NCBI GenBank assembly: GCA_976226885.1
Contig: OZ320320.1
Coordinates: forward strand, 64,480,001 to 64,544,000
DNA length: 64,000 nt
Direction: 5' to 3'
Origin: Iphione sp. A-MEVVRFRX5
Lineage: Eukaryota
Position numbers and translations under genes: made by a program. This document shows positions 13,691 to 26,625 of the stretch, in pieces. Each line of letters begins with the position of its first letter. Positions within the stretch are counted from its first letter, which is position 1. The notes beneath the pieces were generated by a model, which saw nothing but the letters and a program-made list of their open reading frames with translations, had not been told where the DNA came from and did no database searches.

Positions 13691-14473
13691 TTAATATTTC
13701 TGTTGCCCTTCAACCATCATAGTTCCCGTAGACCTTCACTTAGATGATCAGTGATTGTAAATGTCCTGCCACAGAAGACCTGGGGCATATTTTATGTGAG
13801 TTAAGCTGTTTCTGGCCAAAGTCTGACCAGTCTGAACTCTGCACATTCAAGTGCCCTCATGTTGAAGTTCTCTCCATTGTCCAGATGAATATTTCATAAG
13901 GTAGACGCCGACCCCACAAAGAAACTTGTCCTTCTGAGTCAGATCAAACCCTTTATATCTCCTGCGGCAATGACGACTAACTGCTCAAATCATTAATAAT
14001 TACTGGCAAGATACTGTTGAAGGCCATCATATAGCGTTGCTTTTATGGCAGGGGCCTGATATATACAGATGAAAAAAGTCGCTATAGAATTGGATTAATG
14101 CTTTACACAGAAAAGGATTTTCTTTGTATATTATAGTACATCCTTACAGCAATGTTCGGATTTGCTTTTACGGCGTTTCCAGTGATACCTGCTCTAGCTG
14201 AAGATACATTCATTACCGCACCTGTTCTCAATTGACTGTGCTTAAACATTTGTACATTCATCTTCCCTTCTCTATCTCTTTCTTATCTTCTCTCATGGAT
14301 CTGGTTCCTTTATGTTATCTCTCCATCCATCTCCCTCACTCTCCCTTTCTTTTGTCCCCTTTGAGATAATAAACAAATGATAGAACCAGGTGTTCTCGGA
14401 CCTCAGGATCCCGGTCTTCGCGGGTGATACATACATGCAAGCCTTCTCAGTGTCTACTATGGATTTCTCCTCT

Positions 14474-14500
14474 CTTACTTACTTAACTTACTTACTTACT
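14474..14500 (-). repeat. (TAAG)n microsatellite, possible 3' tail of an RTE-like retroelement on the minus strand
   Basis: Plus strand cttacttacttaacttacttacttact. The tail interpretation rests on known (TAAG)n RTE tails; no coding remnant was seen. Confidence 0.6.
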
Positions 14501-15075
14501 GGTGGCTTAGCTTTAGTGTGGCTCTTCTAAGAATAATTGATGCCCATACCGTTATTCAACGGGGCATGTATTTTATTTTAGAAATATATTCAGACAATGC
14601 AGCAAAAAAGCTCCATATTAATAGAGAATGTATAGCATTTTATACTAACAATCAAGTTACATGTATTACATTATGATGTTATTAGAAATAGATTTAAGAT
14701 GTTACTAGATATAGGTACCATACGAGACAGGTGACAGAGATAAAAATAGACATAGACAGTCGGGTATCGTGAACTCACAGAGATGGACGCCTTGCACTAT
14801 TATCTCTCGGGAGTCATTTTGGATTCGAAGTCACTCTAAGATATGCAAAATGGGGAGAAGTTTTCTGGATTCACCTTCATGGGCCTTTTTTTTGTTTAAC
14901 GAACTGTGGGCCTCACGGAAGAGTACTAATGCATGATTCAGGCTGTGTTGTTCCCTTAAGCGCCAGACATTTCTTGGTTACGGAAGGTAACCTATATTAA
15001 AATAGAATTTAACCACAACCGCTGCAGGGAAGAGGAAACTGGCGCCCGGTCGAACCCGGCGCAAAAGGCACTTAC

Positions 15076-15084
15076 TGCGGCCAT
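15076..15084 (-). CDS. Candidate alternative first exon MAA| (phase 0)
   Basis: gccattATGGCCGCA|GTAAGT, with A at -3 and G at +4. It lies about 250 bp downstream of the 15290-15610 promoter patch, behind a pyrimidine-rich leader. Confidence 0.35.
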
Positions 15085-15289
15085 AATGGCACTAAGAGTG
15101 TAGACGAGGACTGATCACTTAGGGGAGAGGAAAAGTAAAGAGATGTCAAGAGTCAAATAAAAAAAACGACGGCAACCCATCCATCTAAGCTTCCCTAGAA
15201 ATATAAAACCTGAGACAGCTTGGTCCCATTGCCAATTTCCCATCGCCATAAAAATCGCTACTTCTTTTTGATCAAGCACCGCGACGAAA

Positions 15290-15610
15290 TATAATTAACT
15301 ACTATCAGCTCCTCGGCGCATGCCCAGAACGACTCCCCTTGCCCCCTTAAACAGCGTCCCCTAGTGGCAAACAGCGATGGCGCGCAGGACTTCCGGCGAT
15401 ATTTTTCTCTTTTTTTCGCTCGTCCGGAGGACGGCGCTTTTTATGTTGCCCTAGGTGGTCTTTATGGGGTTGCCGTTAGAGACGGGCCGCTTGGGTCCAT
15501 GTAAATTAGCCTGTCGTTCTTTCAGCATCTGAGCGGTAGCGGCAGTCGGGGTCATTGACGAACAGTTTTATAACCGTTCGACGTCGGTTGAACATGCCGC
15601 CATATTGCGT
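15290..15610. promoter_or_regulatory. CpG-rich promoter-like patch with CTCF, NRF1, ETS and YY1 motifs
   Basis: GCGCATGCCC (NRF1-like); minus-strand TGCCACTAGGGGACGCT (15369-15353, near-consensus CTCF); ACTTCCGG (ETS); GCCGCCAT (YY1) near 15596-15603. Confidence 0.65.
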
Positions 15611-18600
15611 ACCTACGGCCAGCCAGCGCTAAGCTGTGTCTCCAGCCTATATTGGTCACCACGGGGATGTGCATCGGGGTTATATCATGCGAGCTTGACC
15701 TATTTATGGACAGACCCTAATTTATTTGTCACAATGAGCAACAGGAGGCATCAGTTCAGGTCGTTTAAATGGGTACCACTTGGTGTCCCAAAATACTTCA
15801 TCGGGGTTTCATAGTATCTTCAATAATGAAGCCACAAATTAAGTGTGGGTCAATCTTACAGTATGAAAAGCACCATGTTTATTGAATCGGCTTAGTTTTC
15901 GTCTCATTCCTGCTCTATTTACTCTGTGTTGCTCTTTGTACCCGGACTTACTTGCCTTTGTTGGATGTGCAAAGTTGCACTATTATAAACCTGAGAGATT
16001 GCAACCCAATTACTGCCAGTGATTACTATGTATTCTATGTATACCTACTGCCTTTGTGATGATGACAGCCCTCCTATGTGTCACAGCTATCCAAATATAT
16101 AATCATTTATTAATACCAGGCAGCCTCTTTGTAACTCTTTCGCCTCCAGCCTCGTGGCTGACCTAACAACTATTCGAAATTATTGTCTTCATTATTATGC
16201 TATAGTACATGATATATTGCATTCTTTTATTCTGTTAGCAAAACGATGAATTATAACCCTAAACTTACAGCCAAAGTATTACCCAGGTAACAACTTATGT
16301 TCCATAAATATTTTTATAAATGTTGTAGTTTGGTTTGGTGAATGTTGTGTCTCATTAGAAGGTGAGCTGTTTAAATGCTTTTAAAGAATAGTAGTGAAAC
16401 GTCGGGGAACGCCAACCAAACTGTAATAGTCTATAGATGTTTCATTCTAACATTACCTGAATGTTATGAATTAACATTGATACAATGTTGTGTAAACGGC
16501 TTTTTAACCTAATCAAATTACAATGTTCTTTGGTTTATTTTATGTAGAAGCTTGGTTACTATGGAAGTCTACACAGCTCTGATTCAGTCCCCTCACACAA
16601 CTGACACACCTACCATTTATAACAGTCTATTACGTCCATGTCGGTGTGTTTGTATGTGTATCCGATCGTCTGGTAGCAACTGTCTGCCGCGTAGATCAAC
16701 CCCGCGTTGTTAAAGTGGGTCGACTGCCCATTGCTTGATATGCGTAGCAGCCAAAGATAGGCGAGATGATCCAAGTTCATTTGGCACAGGTAATACCTAT
16801 GTTACCTGACCGTGACAGGTCTATATACAATACAACTATTATCATGACGAAAATAAAATGCTGGACAACAGATCACATCCGAAGTCTACATCGGAACAGG
16901 ACTGCACAGAAAAAACAAAAATCAAGACCATCCGAAACCAGAATGCAGAACATCCGATTTGGGTAATATTAGAGTAAGCAGGGGGATTTAATTTGCATAC
17001 AATATCCATTCAAAAGGAAGTAAATGTGCCTTGCATAAACATAAATGGGTTTTATACAACCTCGATCCCAAATTTCCTCTGCATTCTTCTTTAAACTACC
17101 GCTTTGAAATACTAATGTCATGTTTTATCTCAAGCGGTATCCTGAACTAGATAGAAATTAATTGGGAGATTTAAAACAGTCCAGTCTAGCCAATATATCT
17201 GACACCAAAATAAAAGCGTTCGATATTGATGTATAAACAATGGACAGAAAAAGAGTAATTTTTAGCGTTGTGGATCGAACAAACACTTGAAAAATACGAT
17301 CCAAATTATTGAACTAGAAAAGAGAGGGAATAATAACGCACAAGCAGAACTTAGGACATATGGCCAGTTATCCTCTATGACCAGGTTGCTCGTGTAGAAG
17401 TCAATATGAATGTTTGACAGACTTTGAGAAACTCTACTAAAAGGTGGACCAAAAAGATGCAAGGATCCTGAAATGAAAAGTGACGATTTTATCAAAGCTA
17501 AGTTAATCGCAGGCCAACAAAAGAAATCCATTAAAGAAATGAATTTCTGACGGTACAAAAGAGAACCAGTGTTCAAAACCACATGAGGGAAAGAAAGCTG
17601 TGGGAGGTTGTCAACCAAATACATGTATAGAAACTAAAGATTAAAGAGACACCATATTACGGTATACACTAGAAGAACATGTATGGGTATTGCTACCCTA
17701 TAAATATAAAGCCATCAAAATCGTGCAATGGTCTCTGCACAGCGCTGAACAACAAACCGCCCAATTAGGTTGAAGGCACCTTGTCAATAACAATGTAACG
17801 ATAACCACATACTTCTATACTGGAGCAAGACAACCAATGCCAAGTAGTTATATCGAAAGTCATCCACACTGTTTTGCTGATTGTGGAGACCGTCATGTGC
17901 TGTATGCCTGGGGCCAGCTAAGTCTCTTCCTTCGACCCTCCTATCATCCACTTGGTACCTTAGGCTTACATGTTCCTTCTTACCATGGCCTCTACTTGGA
18001 TCCCGCTTTCTGTCATTTATCCGTAGCCTAATTTCTTTCTCGCTCCTTAATTGTGTCACTTGGTGGCGATTGTGTGTTGAGTTATCTAATAGATTAATAG
18101 CAGCTATAGGAAATGTACAAGCCAAGCTGGTTTACCTATTTTCTGTAAAGAAACTACACCTTACTGCTATTCATGACTGATAAAACGATGGTTATAACGT
18201 TGCTGACAAGTAAAGACAAGTGAGTTTGGGACGTTATCCAGCTCTCCCAGTGAATATAGCGCTATCTCGCCCCCCCGGGTCCCTCCATATTTCCAATATT
18301 ACTAACCCCTCTGTTTCCCTTTCACGGTTACTACATTCATGCTGTTACCTACTTCACATGCACAAACAGGTCTCGACCTTCACACTGTCATCTCTGAAGT
18401 TCCCATTTCCATCTGTCATATCTGATCGGACCAGCTGGCAAAGGGGTCCGGCAAGTGGCGCGGGTCGGGGACAAGTCTCTTATCAACTCGCTGCCGTATT
18501 GGCCCTAACTCCGGATAAGCGCGGCCTGGCCCTTCGCGGTATTGAAAAGAACCTGGATGTAGTGGGGTAAGTGAGACACAGGGCAGACCGGAAATTGGCT

Positions 18601-21600
18601 GAAGGCCGACACCTCGGCGATTGTCTTCCCGTCGGCCAGAGCGCGGCGACGACAGGACCTGATATCCGGTTGATGTCTCCTCCAGAGCTCACCAGAGGGC
18701 GCCCTTGGGTCCCGCCATGATGCGGGAGTTAGCCTCGCGGTGGACAGGGGGCGTGCGTGAGGTGATGGGGAATTTGTCATGGGTATTGGAAGGGGTTTTC
18801 AAGGTGGAGGTAAAAACCTGCTAACGGTCGGCCTGCTCTTAGCCGACAGGGAGTCGCTGGTTGGCTCGACAAGCATGGTAATTGGGGGCTAACTTTTCGC
18901 TTAACTCGTTGGCACGGTGAATACAACTATACAAAACGCGCGGTTGAAATACAAGAATGCTCTATCTTCTCGATCAATTTGTCCTTTTTCAGAATGTCGA
19001 GCCTTTAATAAATCAAATGTACACACCATTTGTTCTCATCAAAAGTGTCAACATCAAAGTAAGATCTCCCGAGAAACGTTTTATAACATGAAAAACGTTA
19101 GATTGGTTCATAAGATAAATAATGACCAACGTAGGTTTATCTTGTTTATCGATTAGTCACGAGGAGCACAATCACAAGGACGGACGGATGAAAATTCAAG
19201 GACCTTCTCCCTCCTGGACTTGTAGAAACAACGCTAATGAAGCCCTCCATAATGCGTTTAGGACACGCACCCATCTCCTATCGGTGGTCAGTTGCACGCA
19301 AAAATGACACTGTATCTCACAATATGGTCCAAAATCCATGAGGAAAATCAGGGGCTATTCATTACCTATAAAGAGTTATTAGAGGATATTTTCCTGGGGG
19401 AAACAGACTCCTCAGTAGCACTCCAAAAGTTATTATTTCCTTAATGCATGTTCATTAGAAAGAAGAGGCGAATGATAATGATACAAGCGCCACTTATCGG
19501 ATTAAAATCATGATTAATTACTTGAAAACAGATATAATGGATCCAGGTGTTAACGTCTCTGTATATCTTGACATTTCATGGTCAGCGATTTAAGGCAGTA
19601 GCTACTTTCTATACGTTTTTGAACTGGTTTAAAAATATTTAGTTATAAAAGGTGTTGGTAAATATAGCTATTTTCAAATGATTGGACTTCATTAGATCGC
19701 TCTACTATAAGCAATTTGTTTAATGATATAACAAATCTAAACCTGAAAGGCATTACCTATGTCTGGAAGAAAGTATCTCAGGCAGCCTTTCCCAGCGCAT
19801 GTACTCAGGTTTTCTCACCTTGTAGCCAAGGACATCGTAATGTACAACTTCTTTTTGGTATGTCCAACCATAACGCATGTGCCTTTGTGAGTGTGATGGT
19901 GACCAGCTGTGCACTAGTTTTCCCACATACATATATGCTTACGCAGGATGTGTGATCCACCAATTAAAATACCAGCAGTTATCAAGGTGACCCCTAGAGG
20001 TCGTTTTTTTTATTGTACTGAATATGCGCCTATAGAAAGATCATTTCGCAGCTTTCTCCATTAGGGTATGGAAAATCACAGGACAGTGAAAAAAGTCACG
20101 CACATTGAAAAAACCGCTTCGATCTTTCTGCAGGTCTTCTGCATGCAGGACAAATTGTTACTGGCAGCCATCAGCTTTATCAAAAGAGTTTTTTCTATCG
20201 AGGATTTGATGGCAGTCCCATTTTTGCCTTCGTTGCAGATGTGGCTAACTTTCTTTTCTACCATCTTGTATCCCGTTTTCTCGCCATCTCGGAAAGCTGT
20301 TAGATCAGGCATTAAGATACCGACATTGTTTCGTTTCACATTTTTAGCAAGAGAAAGATAACATTCACCACCTTTAATGCATCATGCCAACGGATTTGTA
20401 TAGACTGAGCAATTCCATTTAGAAGGCGAAGTGAGGGGATAGCTCTTCGGTCGCGTAAAGTTTTCCATAATACATCAGCATCGATAGGAACTTTAGAACT
20501 ACATTCCATTATTCACCTTCGCCCCTATAACCACACGCCTGGGGACAGTCGCGCCATCTGTGATTGGATTAGAAAGACAAGCAAGAATATTATCTTGAAA
20601 GCAATCGTTATTTATGGTTCGAAGTCAGTCACATTAACCTTAACTCACATGGACCAGATGCCGAGATTAGAATGTATATGCGCGAGCTGACAACTCACTG
20701 AGTCCAGTGAGGAGCTACCTTGATGACACGTCTGGATGTCTCTGGCCCGGACGAATAGCCTGCCATCCACACATCGTGGCCTGGGGATAGGCAGCGTCTA
20801 GACCTGATGGTCTGGGTCGTGTAGACTGCGTGGAATGAGCCTTCTTGTGGAAATAATCTTGCTCCGGATCGAAATGGCTCAACTCGACCGGGAGTCATTT
20901 CAAATCATACGGCTATCTCGCACTCGGACTCCAATAGACCAGGGGGGCATGAGATAATGTCAGTGTTTTGTTCATTATCAGCTGTCTTTCTCGTTTAGAT
21001 ACTCGTCCCAGTGATGTACCGCTAACACATTGGTGGGCAGCAAAGCCTCTATGTTTAATGGGAGTGCAGATAAATGACATTGAATATTTGCTTGTTTGGC
21101 CATTTGTTTGGGCGAGAAAAGCGGGGCACAAATGCAAGACTACACTCCAATATAACGCTCGAAATTCAATGCGAGTTTACAAAACAATCTCACATAATAT
21201 CGGGCTCCTTTCAATAGTTACACGATGAACAACGAAGGACGACGGTGTTATAGTTTGGGCTGCATCACTCTGCCATATCCCTACTTGTACGGATACGTCA
21301 TCCACATGGGTTAGACCTGGCAGTTTGCTTGAATGACTGCCTAGTCCGCATTCCTCTGACACCAAACACCTGGCCAGATGCCCAATGGCACCGTGTAGAC
21401 ACAACACCGACCTTTAACGTCGGGCTGACCTTCGCGGATGACACGTGCCGCAAAGGTTCATTCCACAGGCCAAGGGGGTAACCGAAACGTCTCCAGTTAC
21501 CGCCACTCTATACGACAGTATTGCCCAATATTCTACACACTGTTGCAAAAATAGCACTTCTACACTTCGTACTACCCGTTTAGATGCAATGGAACACACT

Positions 21601-23708
21601 GGGTTCTGACCACAGTAGGATGGTTGGCCCATATTGGCACTTGTCAAAATGGTCCTGCTACAACCCTATGTGATGAAAGGAAGACGCTTTGAATGACCGT
21701 TTATCCTTTGTCACATGTTAGTCACACAAGTTAAGTATTCTACTAAGAGCTTCTCGTATTATAGTTTATTAGAGGAAGGATAAGATCTTCAGAATTATAA
21801 ATACGTAAGGTATTAATGAGGAAATCGTGAGTCAGGACACCACTGAGGTTTAATAATGTGATAACTGCTATAGTGAAAAACGGACTAAATTCTCCTTAAC
21901 ATCACCAGGCAATTATGTCATAACTTAGTACAGTGGCAGGTATGCAGGCCCTTGGCCATTAGCTCGGCTCTCGGGCTTATGTTTGGCTGCTATCTCAGTT
22001 ATCTTAGAAAACACGGCTCAATTCCCTGACCTTTTCGACACAAACTTCAGTTAATACATGGCATGTGGCTGTTTAGTGTGTATCGCTGAGATGCTTTCTA
22101 TTGTACAAAGTACTATGTAAAGTCTGCAGCCTACTTTCTGTTCAATGATGCAGGGAAACTTAACCGGTCTAGACAAAGGGTGTGACAATACTACACGCAG
22201 CCGATTCCATTGCCTTTCTTTTTTGTAAGGCTTAAGATTATTGTTCTAACACTACTTCCACACGGATATTAGCGCAAAAATAGCTCAAAGGAAACTATAG
22301 ATTTCTTCGTTCTATATAAAGACATTTTTGTCTATCTTTAATAAAAAAAAAACGCGATTCTTAGCAAGTTCGTTGGTTTCAATCACTATGTTCACCTGCG
22401 GAAACGTATCTTGGGAACACGTACTGTACAGACGCACTATGTACACTAGCACCGTTCCCTGTGGGTAGCTCAACGATGAGCTCGCGTTTGCCTGGTTATT
22501 TTCCATTATAAATGTAACAGCTCAGGCATTAGAGCATCTCGCAGATAAGGAAACAATTCTCCTGTTCCATTGGTAGTCTAAATTTTTAGTTGCCACTGTA
22601 TATGTACATGTACTAGCGTAGAAGTATCGTTATCTAGGTAGGAGGGTCATTCATCATTGTCAGGCAGTGAGTTGTTAATGTCTTTGCCCTGCACGATTTA
22701 TCCGGAAAATAAATATCGAAGTCATATTAAGAGGCGGAAGAAGAACGGGAGACGTTGATGGCAAATGAAAGCATCGCCGGGGCAAATAAATGGAAACAGT
22801 AATGGCTTCTCGTCGTTAAATTAGCCACGCATAAAAGCCGCACGCGTGACTACACATGCATTGATGACATCATTGATCTGTGTGTTCCCGTCTTGCTACG
22901 AAAACCCTCGGGGCCTCAGAGGAGGGAGTTCCTCCGGCGAGGTCTCGCATCCTCGCGCACGTTCTCGCAAGAGGGGCACGTGAGAGCTACTTTGGGTTGT
23001 CCATAACGGCGAGTCTGCTTGGGCTCCTTTTGCTCTAAGTCATGTTTGTTTATTCCCTCATTACATTCACAGGGGTAGGTAATTACACACAGGATTCCCT
23101 TTTTTCTTCACGTCGCGCCAAAAGACCACTTAAGCCAGGATCGGCTTAAAAATTTAATGAGAAGGGTGGCCATAGAAAACTTTTAGTGAAAACTGAAAAT
23201 CTAAGGGATGCTTTTATGCCACGCACTGGTATTTACCAGAACAGGGCGAATACATTTTTGAAAGGTCTGGGCATTGTAGAAAAATGGACTGCAGCTTTGA
23301 AATCTCCCAAACTACTTTGCCGCAATCTCTACACTGGACACCTCAAGGAGGTTTCAGTCAAAGATGATAGATTTTCGGAAGTAGCTGATAGAAATATTGC
23401 CGAGAAGAAGTGCGAACTGGAAAGGCAGTCTAGCCTACCATTTGGGACCTTGTCGTGGTGTGTGGGGTCCTAATGACCCTGGTTTTCTCCAAGACATTCA
23501 GCGACCACCGGAGGACCCGAGGCCGCCAGTTGTTGCTTAGATGTGTTCCGCCTCTGATCACGTGCATCTGAGAGAGGGCAATGGGTGCCCGCGAGGGCTG
23601 CGTCACCGCAGAGCCGCCCCACTCCGTACTCCCAAAGTGAGTCTAAAGTTGGGGAGAACTTTCGTCTGGCAAAACCTGCTTGGGAAGAAACCCGGTGGTT
23701 ACACTCAC

Positions 23709-23756
23709 CTTTGAAAGGATCATTAGTTCTTTGAAGGAAGAGAGCTCAGACGTCAT
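23709..23756 (-). CDS. Candidate alternative first exon MTSELSSFKELMILSK| (phase 0)
   Basis: taacATG context, 16 open codons, consensus donor AAG|GTGAGT, pyrimidine-rich leader upstream. Confidence 0.4.
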
Positions 23757-26450
23757 GTTAGCTCAAATGTAAAGCCAGAGAGGAGAAAGTTAAAAGGCGC
23801 TCAGGGATAGACGAGATAAGAAGGAGAAATGGGCTGGGATGGAGGAGCAAGAAAGCATGCAGAGTGAGGGAACGCTGTGGATGGAAAAATGCTGTGTATT
23901 TGCTGGTGGTAGCCGGCCGACCAACTCCTCTGTCTACCTGTTCGATCCTCTTTTAAACTGGGTCTAAAATACAGCACCCACTCCCCCTAATTAAGTTTCC
24001 CGGGGCAGTATAGATCTCTCTATCCGTGTTTCTCTTTATAAATCTGCGCATATCTCTCTCTCTCCTCCTCTTGTTATTTCTCCTTTTTCATGAAGAAGAT
24101 TGCATGTACAATTGAGGTATCGCATACCACGTGGCGACAATCAGAAAAACGGGTACTGATGACGCTATTTTTTATCGTTTGCCGGGACCGATGATTGAGC
24201 TGTCCGTGAAAGTTGTTCAAAATACGTCTTCGTGACGCTAGATACAAAACGTCTCAATCGCACATGTCATCCATCAATTCTCTCTGAAAATAATGTTTTT
24301 CATTCTCTTTGTCCACTTTTCACTCTCTCCCTGATGTATATTCATAAGGTATACATGTACATGGATATTTATATATGTATAAACATGTATTCACGTGTAC
24401 ATGTAGATGTATTCACATACTTATAATGAACAGGGAGAATTGATAATCTGGCGGAATGATATGCTGAGTTAGAAATGAAGACAAATTCAGAACAAAAAAA
24501 AAAGATGGAAGTGTGAAAGTGCGCAACACATGGACACATTCAGCAACGGGTAGACAGTAGGGCAAAGCATTTGATTTCCACTAGAAATCCTCAAGCAGTT
24601 AACGCAGCACAGGTTGAGGTTAAAGATCATAATATCTAGAGATAAATGGTTTAGGAAAGTAGAAAAAGATCGAAGACAACCTAATAAATGATGGCTCGTG
24701 TTGATTTTTTTAGTCATCTTTTGAACAAAAATACTCAGAGAGAATTGAAATGAATCTGGACCAGTGGAACCGACATTCTTTACTGTTTGAAGGCCTATAT
24801 AAATATCTAGTTCGAAGCTGTGGAATGAACGGGTATTTCACAAATGTTGACCTTTTCAGCTATTCTTAACTAAATTCTACTCTTGGACTGGGAGCATACT
24901 CATGATAATAATCTCTACTCTTTGGGTATCATAAATATACAAAATGTACCAAACTGGTCGTCAAGTGTGTGTGTCCCGATCAATCCTCCGTTGTAGAAAG
25001 GTGAAAAAGATTTTGCCCACCTCATAAACTCCGGTCAATCGTGTTGGTATAAAGCACGAGGGTACACACAGGAGGCAACGCATAGAGGAGGGCATAGTAC
25101 AGATGCACAAGGGCAACAGACAAATTTAAGCTGCCGGAGAGTGTGCACACAGGCAGAATGGTACTTTGTGAATAGAGCATAGACCACGACCTCAACGGAA
25201 GCAAACACTTCATTCACCGCCAGTTTTTCCGCTCGGGCGTGAGTCATGCACCTCTTGTTCGTGTGCCACGTCGATGGGAAAGCACAGCCAGTCCTTACAA
25301 GAGCGCCGTGCAGCAGGATTGCTCCGAGTCGAGGACAGTAAAACTGCTGTAAAATACCTCAGCCGAAGCACATGCATTTCATCGAGTAACATCGTTCAGA
25401 AAAGAAGTAAATTCGGATATGGTTGGAGCGGATGAATTTACCATGAATGAAAAACTTTGTTCTGACCTAAATTCGGTTCCGTTGAGAGGTCAGCTTGCAT
25501 AAAGACTGTGGGGTAAGGGCTGGACGAGTAGAGTAATATTGAAGAGGTACAAGTGTAGACGATTGGGCAAGTAAAATAGACAGGCAGTTGTAGGGTCCTA
25601 AAAGTTCTGAAGTTCGAAAACCATTTCCGACTTATCACCCGATCTGTTAAACGGTCAGTTGCGAAGAATGCAACGGGATGATCAATTCAGCAGAGGTTTC
25701 AACATAGGTATTAATCAGACATATTTCGTATCAACGTGTGTGCCGAAGAAATGTGTACAGAATAATATCTGTAAAATGCTACACCACAAAAAGACCGATA
25801 CTTCGCTGGCAATTTGGATGGACAATTGTCAGCCTTATAAGTGCCATTGCACCTACCGTTGGGCCTGAGGCCTCCCCCTGATGGCATGCTTTTGTAGGTT
25901 CGTGCTGACATTCACCGAACCAAAAGCTCGACATCTGCTCAATCTTCGCCTCATGCTCTCTCAATATTAATATCTGCTTTCTCACATGATCATGTTCTTA
26001 CACAGAGTTTTTAGCATTGTGAGAATGCCGGTCATGCGTGAGAAGTTAGATCGTATAATACTTACCTCTAGTTTGACAGTGATACATGAGGTTAACTAAT
26101 ACAGCCGACTCTCCCCTCACAGACAACGTCTACAAATGTGGACGACTTAGAAATGAACAGACTTAATTTCCATACTTAACCAATATACGTACGTCCAAAT
26201 ATTTCGGGGGATAGACCTCACAAGCATCGTTCTGTGTCTATTTACCTTCAAATAACCCACGCCATTATCCAATATGTCAACCATATGTGCTAAACGAGCT
26301 TATAGGAAAAGGTAATTGGGCTTCATAGCTTACTTTCGTTCGTGCCTCCACTACGTTTGTGTCAATGTTTCGGCAAAACCTGCTGGTGTTTGTGTGTGTG
26401 TTGGGGGGAGTGATCAGTTGAAGGAAGAGAGACACGCGCATCTACACACG

Positions 26451-26625
26451 TTAGCGAGAGGAGAGAGAGAGAGAAAGAGAGAAATAGAGCGGAGAGAGAA
26501 AGAAAGAGTGGGAGACAGGCAGATCAGGAGACAGAGAGGCCAAGAGAGAGAAATGGAGACAGACAGACAGACAGCCATGCAAAGACGCAGGCAGAGGTGA
26601 GAGAGAGTGAGTGAGCGAGAGAGAC
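26451..26625. repeat. GA-rich low-complexity tract with (GA)n and (GACA)n
   Basis: gagagagagagaaagagagaaatagag...gacagacagacagacag seen directly. Confidence 0.9.

Noticed and set aside
16806-16901. 96-nt minus-strand segment with strong acceptor and donor
   Set aside because: Stops in all three frames; at most a non-coding exon.
21400-21480. GLTFADDT, resembling an RT catalytic motif
   Set aside because: No upstream QGSxLxP motif and the frame closes 14 codons later; likely chance.
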